Shown: positions 1-11,341 of the stretch, in pieces
How positions within the stretch are numbered: position 1 is the first letter of the stretch
Layout of the letters: every line of letters starts with the position of its first letter
Assembly: GCF_003918875.1 (NCBI RefSeq)
Contig: NW_025765115.1
Coordinates: 434,001-498,000 of the forward strand
DNA from: Haliotis rubra
Lineage: Eukaryota
DNA: 64,000 nucleotides
Direction of reading: 5' to 3'
The notes under the pieces: generated by a model
Database searches by the model: none
Told to the model about the DNA's origin: nothing
The model's input: only the letters and a program-made list of their open reading frames with translations
Translations under genes and position numbers: made by a program

Positions 1-749
1 ACACCTAGAAGACACTCACAGCACACCCACAGCAAACCCACAACACACTTACAACACTCCCACAGCAAACCCACAACACTTGTTTGGAGTCTAACACATA
101 CAAAAATAACATAATTTAACGGCAGTTTCTAAAGAAATAACATTTACTCTTGAGTTTCAGTATAGTTCTATTTTGGGTCGGGTTCCTGTGAACATGTCCT
201 CGGGGAATTACAGACATTCTTCATTATATATGAGTGTTACCTCCACGTGTTGAATAGGAGAGGTGGACCAAGTACATCCCATAAGGATATAAAATATCGA
301 CCACACGAAAGATTCAGAACTACATACGTCGATACAATTCAAAACGAAAGTCAATCCTTTCAATTATTTCACAATTTGAATGTGTGAGTGGATACTTGTA
401 TACAAGCATGGGTTGCTGAAGATCTATTCTAACCCTGATCTTCACGGGTAGAACACTTTAGGTAAGATAAATTAGATAAATATAAAACCATTGCATCTGA
501 ATCGCTTTCTTTCAGTTTTCAAAACTGAACATACATGTTTTCAAAACTGAAACGTATCAGTTATATTTATGTTGTTGGGACATATGAATTAATAATTTAC
601 AGTTCTTTGATGGTGGTTTTTCAGAAAATTGTTTCATGACAACAAATAGTATCAGACCAAACAATACATATCTTCTTTTATCTCTAAGTGAATTTATCGC
701 TGTTTTGAAGAATCTACACAATATCGTAGCAGTTATGAAATGAGCCTAC

Positions 750-927
750 CTGACTGCATGGTAAATATAATAAAGGAGCTTGTAAGAATCCATGTAGCAT
801 CGTCCCACGTTGGAGTGTTTCGGAAGTCTGTAGCCTCTGTTTGACTTTGGACAGTGGTCATCGACGATGTATTGGCAGGAAATGTTGACTCTGTCGTAAT
901 TTCCAGGGAACTTGTATTTGTCGCCAT
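750..927 (-). CDS. amt: Ammonium transporter paralogue A, first coding exon (N-terminus + TM1); gene continues left of the window
   Basis: Encodes MATNTSS...WDDATWILTSSFIIFTMQS-G, nearly identical to the TM1 motif of gene B exon 1; ends at a phase-1 donor G|GTAGGC at 750/749, the same position as in genes B and C. Confidence 0.9.
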
Positions 928-2277
928 GTTGAGCCAATTGCGATTTGGAGTTGAAATTTGGACTACTCTTTGTAGGAGAGCACAAAATCATATATGGCTA
1001 TACATTTTAACAAGATTGTCTTTACATCTGTCTAGGATGGTAACACATGAACACCTTGTCCAAGCTGTAAAAGGTCTTCAAATGACATTGAAAACACACA
1101 ATAGTTATACATGTGAAGAGTATAAATCCACACTCAGTTTATAGATAACGGAGATAGTTTGTCTAGTCACGGGACAGCCTTGCATTTCAACACACATAAT
1201 CACTTGAGTCTAATACACCTGTTCAGATTAAAGGTGATCCCCAAGAAAACAGCAGCGACAAGATGAAAAAAATGACATCAAGTCAGAAACCACTGCTGTG
1301 AAGAAACCACTGTCCAGTCCGTATTGATATAGCCAACAGATAGGTTCACTGACACGGACTGACGCTTTCAAGCGGACTAAGCTGAATGGAACAAATATAG
1401 CTTACCTGTGTGGCTGACAACATCAGGACAAATCGATCGCCTATTGGTGATCAGCATGAGCTACTCACCAGATGCTGTTCGGAGCCATGCCATGTCATCT
1501 CAGCTGATCACTTGGAAATTACATCCTACGATCGCTGTTGGTGTAGATCATTTAGTTTACCGGATAGCATGTGTTCGACTAACGCATTAATGTCTTTTGG
1601 GTTATTTTTATACTTTAAATTGTTCCTTTATACAAATTAGGATCTTTGTTGGGTGAGTGCAATAGACATGTATGTTCATTTTAACATCACTATCACCGAG
1701 GAGTTCATATTCGTGTATTGAGGTAGGAAATTGGAACATGTGAAGAGAATATCATTAGCAGCGAATTAAATATAAGCTGATATTTCAAATTTCTTGCAAA
1801 TTCCTTTTGGCGTTAATGATTTCTTATCCCATCGTTTCTGGAGCCGATATTCAGAAATGAAATCAAAAGGAAACCCTGAAGATATTACTAAAACTTTAAA
1901 CATATTGTGTGTATGTTCAGCATAGACAGAAAGCATCATGAATGTTTCAAAATGCAGCCTGCTATCGATACCGGGCAATAGGTATATAACTGTGTTTATA
2001 AGTAGTAGAATCTGATGTAATTCGAAACTGGCATATTGTTTGAAGTTCTTATAAATACAAGCGCTGTCGTGTGACTGCAATTATACAATGCAATGTTTAC
2101 ATGAAGCCGTCGAATGACAGGAGAATGCTGTGTGGTGTCAGGCAGGACATATGTAAGCAGCCCTCGTGTCCTCGGTCATTTTTATAACATTTACGGCTAT
2201 TTTGCCCTTTATTCCCAAATGAATCGTCGAATGTCTGACGTTGTATCCAGATAACCCATGTGCTTGCCATAGGCGAC

Positions 2278-2725
2278 TATCTTGTCGTAAGAGGCGACTG
2301 ATCGTTGTTTTGATATGTCATCGGTTAATTGCGCAGATCGAGCTGTTGATTGGACGCAGACTCGATTATTTACAGACCGCCGCATATATTGAATATTGCT
2401 GAGTGCGGCGTAAAAACTAAACTCATCACTCACTCTCTGGCGTTGTTTTATATGAGAGTTAATTTAGCTTTACGCCGCACTCAGCAATATTACAGTTATA
2501 TGGCGGCGGTCTGTAAATAATCGAGTTTGAACCAGACAATCCAGTGATCAACAGCCTGAGCATCGACCTGGGATACGATGACACGTGTCAACCAAGTCAG
2601 CGAGCCTGACCACCCGATCCCGTCAACCAAGTCAGCGAGCCTGACCACCCGATCCCGTTAGTCGCCTCTTACGACAAGCATTGGTTACTGGAGATCCGTT
2701 CTAACCCGGATCTTCAAGGGTCCGT
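2278..2725. mobile_element. Two inverted copies of SINE family 2 (Nin-domain-like)
   Basis: cttgtcgtaagaggcgact... on plus (2278-2435), followed by a minus copy (2455-2725) with an internal duplication. Confidence 0.8.
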
Positions 2726-3399
2726 GAAGCCAGAAGATAGGCAGTCATGTCCTGGTGAGTAGGTGTGTATAATTTATCGCCCACTGTTTCAGCTGTACCC
2801 GGATCTTCACGGGCCACGTTTTATATGTACTCAACTTAACGAGCAGAGGCTCACGAAATATCAATATTGATGTTAAATGTCAGACAAAGCTACCAGTTGA
2901 CGAAAACATTCTATTCGGGAAAATTGTTATGTCTGTAGAACTAACACCAAAACCTAATCCGGTAATTTGGACGTACCCCACAACCATGTGTCATTCTTGA
3001 TTTTGACACGCTCGAGGGAGGTCGATAAATCCTTGTGGTCCATTTTTCTTTTTAGACAGTTCTTAGGAATCTTGTTTATTCTCATACAGTTCTGATATAC
3101 TTGATAACATTTATTGTTCGTGTATGAACCAGCTCTGCAGTGACTCGGTGATTATGGAACAGGTTCCAAAATCCAAAAGGTTGACTGAACCTGTATAGTG
3201 CGTCCCAGGTCAACAAGAGTACAGGAATATATTCCACCTGGCTCAAAGAAATAGAGCTGAAACGGCGCATCAAACTGCTTTAATCATGCTGCTGGTGTTC
3301 AGGTTACTAGTCAGACTATTAGAAATCGACTACTTGCATCTGATTTCCATGCCGCTTAGAAATCGTCATATGGCCAACAAAGGTCAATGGTGAAGCGTC

Positions 3400-3990
3400 T
3401 AAACTGACGAAATTGTTGCTGATCACGTGTTATGTTTTCAGGTGATTCACTTTGCTCTTTCTTAATAGTCGTGGTCGTGTAGTCCTGTCTGAACGCCAGG
3501 CCAATGTCAACTTGAGGCCTTCAGACAGATTTGACAGTTATGATGTTGGGTGGCATGACTGACTGACAGAACCTGACTCCGTATTGTGCAGTGCAAGTTC
3601 AGTGGACATTACCATCGGGATAACTTTTTTTGAGGACGACAACGTCCATGCAATCGCCAAAGCTCACCTACGTACTAAGGAATGCCAAGGCCAGCAATGA
3701 GCCGAGACGTGTCCCTCATGTAATAAATGTCTAGGACATGATACGGAGACGTGTGCCTCAACATCATAGGCGATATTGGTCAGGCGCTTCATGAGGAGTA
3801 GGTTCGACTCCCTCAACTCGCCACTGGGAGACTCACACGCAGAATATGCCTAATCGAGGGATGTTTAACAAACCCACTTCTGATCTAAAAACGTCAACTT
3901 TCTCAACAAATTTTATATCTTACCCTTTTGTCGTTGAAGATACAATCTATTGCTATGCTTCGTTACTGTTTGTAATGTGTTCAATATCAC
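3400..3990 (+). mobile_element. Highly decayed Tc1/mariner transposase fossil
   Basis: Ordered remnants resembling VLFSDESRF (about 3430), VMVWG (3540), FQDDN (tttgaggacgacaac, 3630), ENVWD..RRV (3725) and QAL.EEW (3781). Confidence 0.55.
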
Positions 3991-6559
3991 ACATTTTTGC
4001 TACAAACTAATATCTCTAACCAATTTGGAAGACGTAAGTTAATTCTCCGTACCTCCTACTATACAGCACAGTATATGTTTGATGATTTTGTTCCACATAC
4101 TGACTATACAATATTTAGATACCATACGGATTTTAGCTGCTGTGATCTAAAATTATTACATCGAATTAAGCTTCACAAGTCAGTAAATGCGCTATGGTGT
4201 TGTCGGTTTTCTGATCAGTCACTTGATTGTCTGGTTTGTTTTACAGGCCGACGTCACATGACGGGAGTGCTGTTGGCCTGTGTCAGGAAACAAAGATGCA
4301 GCTACCATTTCTGGGGAAGTTTAGGATGCTGGTCCATTTGCATCAACACCAAGTGTCATTTTCAGAGATCGATTCATATTTTGTTATCCCTATTTAGCCT
4401 TATGGATAATGGAGACGCTAGGCATATTCAGTGATAATTAGTTTTCAGTCTATTAGTAACTGCGCCGTTGCCGATCACCATCGTTGTTTTGTCTCCTGTT
4501 GGTACTACACGCATGTTTGTCTGCTGACAAGAACTAGTTTGTTATCGTCACTGGCTTGTTTTCCACCATGGCGCTGGCATGTGTTACGTTGGCGTTCTAT
4601 TTACTTGAACTGGGTGGATGTTTCTTCTGAATGACTGAAGTTCTTTATTAACCCAGAAGCATTAAAGTAGTATTAAAGGTACCAGTATCACAGTACCAAC
4701 CGATTAACCGAGGGTACAGGGTTATAAGACATATAACATTGAGGAACCGTTTGCATGTAGAAACCTAGAATATCGGTGCAGTTGTTTCCAGTGTATCTCA
4801 CTGAACATTATCATTTCTCTTCCGTGCGGAATGGCATGTTCAGACTTATTGTTTTCATTGTTCGCAAAGCGGCCCATAGCAACGTGATGCCATGTCAACG
4901 TGATGCCGTCAATAATTGAAGCTGACGCCAACCATTGTTCTCCGTCACTTAGATTTCACAGTCGGCTTCATGTAACGTTTAACAACAGATTCACTGTGGT
5001 GAGGCCTCCACTGATTGAGAAGGTCGCCTTTATTTACATTTTCGAAGAAATGTGGATACTGTGCAGAGTAACCCTTGCAACTCGGCATGACAGTCAGCCT
5101 GTACCTCGTCACAAAATGTTGATGCTTAAATTATTACGCTATTCTCCTAAATTGTTATCCCCCGTTCGGTACAGCGAATGTTTTGAGTCTTTTGTAGTGC
5201 CAAGCAGAATGTTGCGATCTTGCATTATTATACCAGATCCACACAATATTCGTCTTGTTTTTGTTCAACTTATCCATACAAATACGATTGTTGCGAAATG
5301 TCTCATTACAGTAGCTTTAATGAGTGTCTTGGCTCATGAATTTCAAATGAAATATTTATTGTAAACTGTTTGGCACGTATCTTGTCAATACACCTTTCTA
5401 TACCACTCAGGTTAAATAAATCAGTGTTTTCACAGAAAACACTTTCGACGTCCCCATTCATTTCATCTGAGATCTTTTGTCTAGTGTTCACTCGTGCTCT
5501 TTAGACACATCAAGTCAGGGTGCTTAAACGCATACAGCACAAAGATTAAAGTAAACGGCAGTATGAAATATACGTTTGCTAAATATACACACATGCCATG
5601 TAGCTAAGTATGAGTGACACTGAAGTACAAAGGTAAACCATTGACGTAAACTGTATAGCGTCATTGCTTGCAGCCAGGTAGGTATTCTTAATAACGAAAA
5701 GTTTTCCTAACGTGTCAAAATATAGTGGATCATGGTCATAACGAGAAGAGCAGCTCTTGCAGATATACTAAATAGACTGGCTGGTCATCATTGATAATGA
5801 ATCCATCTAGATTGATTGTCCATGAATATTCTGGCAAAATGACTATTCTGATTCCAGGTTTTGTTGTTTTCATAAATAATTCTCTCTTATTTGATTTCGT
5901 TATACACAAACTTACATTCAATGTTTCTGAATATGCCCATATGCTCAGAAACCAGTGATATAATTGAAAACTTCAAACCGTTGATCCGGTAATGCTTCCA
6001 CTACGGCTTAAAGATTCTGTAACAATCCATGACAACAAAGGTCCTTTTAATCCAGCATTGTGTTTCATCCAATCGATATCTGGCCATTTTGAAGCTTGTC
6101 GGTAAGCCAGTAAGAAAGCGTAAATGGCGTCCATATTGTTGACAATCCCGAGATGGATGCTGAATCAGTTTCCACACAGCACTCAGATGGACAGATGTAT
6201 GTTATCGACAGTGGGAAAGCACCGTTGCCCATATTAGTAGGATTGTGTTGTGGAAAATGGGATTGATCGGAGGTCATAGAAGCCTTTGTATTAATAAATT
6301 GCAATAAAAATACATTTCTCAACAACAACAGTTCTGTATGGGATTAATCCGCCCGACCTTTGTGGCCCTAAACGGTCATGGGGACGACTAATGCTTTCAT
6401 GTGTTAATAATTTCTTTATGGTTTGATTTTATGTAATCTAACACCAATAGGGCAAATGGTCAAAGAACAATGAGTCCATATTCTTCTATTTATGTCCTAT
6501 ATGATTTCCCACAAAGGCGATCATGGTTACTTTTGCATGTGAGTATATATTTGTGTGCC

Positions 6560-6850
6560 CTTGGATTCTGCATTTGTTTAGGATGTTTGCAAATATATTG
6601 GCACTGTATTACTCACATGCTCAGGCATGTGATTCTTAAACATGCATTGTCAAACAATTTGCCTTTGGATTCTACATTTGTTTAGGATGTTTGCAAATAT
6701 ATCGGCACTGTAATAACTCACATGCTCATGCGTGCTATTCTTAAAAAATCATTGTGGAGCAATTTGCTTTTGGCTTCTACATTTGTTACGATGTTTGCGA
6801 ATTTACTTGCACTCTTAGACTTGCATGCTCATGTATGTTATTATTAAATG
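6560..6850. repeat. About 104-bp tandem repeat, roughly 3 diverged copies
   Basis: ttggattct.catttgtttaggatgtttgcaaatat recurs at about 6561, 6665 and 6769. Confidence 0.8.
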
Positions 6851-7299
6851 GTTTGTATAACATCCAAAGATTGTCTGTGCGTGTAAAGAGTGAGGCTTAC
6901 CATAATCCTGTGATCCTGGGGTCGATAACCGGATTCGCTCATATTATGATTCTTCCTTTGATCTCCATTAAATCGGACTTGCCTTCAGTATAGAGCTCAG
7001 GAACCGTTGTGCGTTACCTTAAATCCACGTCACTTGCTCAAAGAAATGCAAACAAGCCAAACCAACCTGAGTTTGCTCAGTTAGAGCTAATTTTATTTGT
7101 GGAAGACATGCATTTGAACACGCATGCATTAACTTCGGATTCTTTTCTGTACCATAAAGTTAAAATACTGTTTACAAACAAAATATTCACTGTAAACTGT
7201 CATTGTCCTTTTGAAAGAGCAGAATGTGTTGTTGCAGGATTTTGGCAATTTGGCGCTGAAGATGGCACCGGTTTGCGTTCTACTTACTGCTTTGAGTTC

Positions 7300-9220
7300 T
7301 CCTTCTTACCGTGTAATGTTCTTTGTTTTACTGTGTCATGTTCTCCGTCTTACTGTGTCATGTTCTCTGTCTGACTGTGTCATGTTCTCCGTCTTACTGT
7401 GTCATGTTCTCTGTCTGACTGTGTCATGTTCTCTGTCTGACTGTGTCATGTTCTCTGTCTGACTGTGTCATGTTCTCTTTTCGACTGTGTCATGTTCTCC
7501 GTCTGACTGTGTCATGTTCTCTGTCTGACTGTGTCATGTTCTCCTTCTTACTGTGTCATGTTCTCTGTCTTCTTACTGTGTCATGTTCTCCGTCTGACTG
7601 TGTCATGTTCTCCGTCTTACTGTGTCATGTTCATGTCTGACTTCTGTCATGTTCTCTGTCTTCATCGACTGTGTCTTCTGTCTTACTGTGTCATGTTCTC
7701 TCTGTCTGACTGTCATGTTCTCTTTTCGACTGTGTCATGTTCTCTCTTACTGTGTCATGTTCTGACTGTGTCTGTCTTACTGTGTCATGTTCTCTGTCTT
7801 ACTGTGTCATGTTCTCTGTCTTACTGTGTCATGTTTCATGTTCTCTGTGTCTGACTGTGTCATGTTCTCTGTCTTACTGTGTCATGTTCTCCTGTCTGAC
7901 TGTGTCATGTTCTGTCTTACTGTGTCATGTTCTCTGTCTGACTGTGTCATGTTCTCTGTCTTACTGTGTCATGTTCTCCGTCTGACTGTGTCATGTTCTC
8001 TGTCTTACTGTGTCATGTTCTCTGTCTGACTGTGTCATGTTCTCTCGTCTGACTTCTTCTTTCTTTACTGTGCCATGTTCTCTGTCTGACTGTGTCATGT
8101 TCTCTGTCTGACTGTGTCATGTTCTCTCGTCTGACTGTGTCATGTTCTCTGTCTGACTGTGTCATGTTCTCTGTCTTACTGTGTCATGTTCTCTGTCTGA
8201 CTGTGTCATGTTCTCTGTCTTACTGTGTCATGTTCTCTGTCTTACTGTGTCATGTTTTCTGTCTGACTGTGTCATGTTCTCCTTCTTACTGTGTCATGTT
8301 CTCCGTCATACTGTGTCATGTTCTCCGTCTTTCTGTGTCATGTTCTCTGTCTTACTGTGTCATGTTCTCTGTCTTACTGTGTCATGTTCTCTTTCTGACT
8401 GTGCCATGTTCTCTTTCTGACTGTGGCATGTTCTCCTTCTTACTGTCTGGTGTCATGTTCTCTGTCTGACTGTGTCATGTTTTCTGTCTTACTGTGTCAT
8501 GTTCTCTGTCTCTGACTGTCTGACTGTGTCATGTTCTCCGTCTTACTGTGTCATGTTCTCTTTTTGACTGTGTCATGTTCTCCGTCTGACTGTGTCATGT
8601 TCTCTGTCTTACTGTGTCATGTTCTCTGTCTTACTGTGTCATGTTCTCCGTCTGACTGTTCTCTGTCTTACTGTGTCATGTTCTCTGTCTTACTGTGTCA
8701 TGTTCTCTGTCTTACTGTGTCATGTTCTCTGTCTTACTGTGTCATGTTCTTCTGTGTCATGTTCTCTCCGTCTGACTGTGTCATGTTCGTCTGTGTGATG
8801 TTCTCTGTCTTACTGTGTCATGTTCTCTGTCTTACTGTGTCATGTTCTCTGTCTGACTGTGTCATGTTCTCTGTCTTACTGTGTCATGTTCTCTGTCTTG
8901 TGTCTGTGTCTGTCTGTTCTCTGTCCTTCTTACTGTGTTCTGTCTTACTTTGTCTTCTTCTTCTGTGTCATGTTCTCCTTCTTACTGTGTCATGTTCTCC
9001 TTCTTACTGTGTAATGTTCTCCGTCTGACTGTGTCATGTTCTCTGTCTTACTGTGTCATGTTTTCTGTCTGACTGTGTCATGTTCTCCGTCTGACTGTGT
9101 CATGTTCTCTGTCTGACTGTATCATGTTCTTCTTACTCTGTCTTGTTTTCCTTCTTACTGTGTCATGTTCTCCTTCTTACTGTGTCATGTTCTCCTTCTT
9201 ACTGTGTCATGTTCTCCGTC
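7300..9220. repeat. 22-bp minisatellite, about 1.9 kb
   Basis: Unit actgtgtcatgttctctgtct(g/t); explains the periodic Cys/Val/Ser ORFs in the track. Confidence 0.97.
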
Positions 9221-10762
9221 ATAACGTGCGTCAAAGGGACGTTACTCTCAACATCGTATCGTAGCAACAAGCATTGAACTACTAAAACGCCAATTCCAGG
9301 CTTAACGTATCTGCACCAAGTCACCCATTAGCTCTAACGTTTACGTTCAATGATTGGAGTTCATCATTTATTCACGATTGATGGAAGTGTTATTGTAGTA
9401 TACCTGGATATAATACACTCATAGGACTTATCAATCAATACGTAATGACACCACAGTAACATTACTATCAGTGATTTGCACTTGACTTGACAGCGACCTT
9501 TCTCTTACATAAACAGCTAGTTAAAATACAATAGAGATATTGCCACACAATAACTACTGAACGTGTTTCGCTGGAGATGTTTCAGCGTCCAAGTGTGTGT
9601 TTGCTCGTGTATGTGTGAGCGCGTGCGTGCCTGCGTACGTGTGTATGTAGCTGCGGACTTCTGCTGGTTTTATAGCTCCACCCAACAGGGATACCATGGG
9701 TGCCACACTAAGACACATTATACTGCGTCAGAGCTGATTAGTCTTTGTTTTCCAAAACTAATGCCGGGAGCAATTGAGCGTATGAACAAGTACCATATTT
9801 CAACGTCTTCCGCTAACAAAGGGATAGGAGTTTGAACCATCGACCTTCAGCCAATCATTTGGAAGACTGAGTCACAAATGGTGGCCAGTGCTACAATGCT
9901 CATGTACTATACAAACCATTCGTGGATGCTAATCAACACGTAGTCAAATAGTTCACACATCGCCAGATTCAATGAGCACTTTTTTATTTTCTCCAAAACA
10001 AATACATAAACGTTTGCTTAAAGCTGAAATGAGAAATGAAAATAAACATTCGTTGCCACTGCAAATATCTTTGAGAAACGTGCACAAAGCTCACTGATTT
10101 GTCAAGCATGTCTTTTGTAAATAGCACTTACTAATACGTACAATATATCCAAGAAAATATATAACAGGTACATCAAATTATCATGAATCATTATGTTTTG
10201 TTATAGAGCTGTTGTCACCAACCTCTGGCCCAAAACGTTTGGACGGATCATTTACCAGTGAAGGTTTAAGTCTTCACATATCTCCGGAATTGAAACCGAT
10301 TTGTAGTAGTCATGTACGGGAAGTTAGATACGATTTACATATGCCTTGGTACAAGAGGAGTAGTGATACAAGAAGCAAAGGGGAGCATTGCCACAACTTT
10401 AATTAATACTTACTAGATGTCATTTGTGACAATATAATCGCAGAAATACCGTCACAATCAGAACAACTTCTGTCGTCAAGACATGGAGTGTAGGAAGTGT
10501 TTCTCCACATTTATAGAAGTGTGGATTGATGTTTTCTTGCCTTGCGGTTTTGCCAATACGTGTTGATCCACGTGTATCGCTTTGCTCCGATGTAAGGCTT
10601 GCACGGCGTGATATAAATGAAATGCTAATGAAGGCAGCGTTAAAGTAATCATTTGTAAGATTGAAGGCGTGTAACAAACGGTAAAACAAAATGAAAAACT
10701 CACGGGTAACAACCAACAATAACGCCCCTTGTTATGACATGCACATTGACAACAACGTCAGA

Positions 10763-11341
10763 TCAGTCACCTTTTATATCGTCAACTGGGTTTGCTCCAT
10801 AACTCTTCTCTGGCTCATTCTCATCTTTGATGAAACCAAAGTTGGTAAACTGCACTCCAGCCGCAGTTTCACTTTCTGTTATGTCACTGATAACATCTTC
10901 TTCTGCTTTCCCTTCCTTCTTAGCGTGTTTCCTGAAGATGTCCAACGCTTTCTTCTCCGTCTGAAGCTCGTCACCTTTCGATTCGTCCTCTTCCTTATCA
11001 CTATTGCCCCTCTTCCGTCTTATTGCCACGATAGTCTTTTTCTTAATGAAACAGAAGCATAGTTTCTCATCAGCAACAACCTGTTCGTCCCCTCCGTCGT
11101 CCTTAGTTTTGTTCGCGGATCGCTTGGTCTTGAAGTGCTTTGCAAGAACTGGCATTACCCCATTGGGAGGCATGATGTTGTGTTCAAAGAAGTCTGCACC
11201 AACAATCTCTTCCTCTGCTGACACCCTCAGACCGATAACCAGGTCGATGACCTTGAGGATGATAACGGACATCATTGCTGACCAGAGGATGATTGTTACG
11301 ACAGCGAGAGTCTGGACGCCGAGGAGGTACCATCCTCCACC
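10763..11341 (-). CDS. amt: Amt gene B exon 9 (last TM + cytoplasmic tail)
   Basis: Acceptor ttacag|; GGGWYLLGVQ...GLRVSAEEEIVGADFFEH, then a charged tail to TGA. Confidence 0.93.
   Translation of the reverse strand, partial: GGGWYLLGVQTLAVVTIILWSAMMSVIILKVIDLVIGLRVSAEEEIVGADFFEHNIMPPNGVMPVLAKHFKTKRSANKTKDDGGDEQVVADEKLCFCFIKKKTIVAIRRKRGNSDKEEDESKGDELQTEKKALDIFRKHAKKEGKAEEDVISDITESETAAGVQFTNFGFIKDENEPEKSYGANPVDDIKGD

Noticed and set aside
3997-5491. ORFs of 145 and 154 aa and neighbours
   Set aside because: No recognisable domain, non-ATG starts and no consistent splice structure.
7009-9072. Many overlapping Cys-rich ORFs (MFSVLLCHVLCLTVSCS...)
   Set aside because: They are translations of the 22-bp minisatellite in all frames, not a metallothionein or keratin-like gene.
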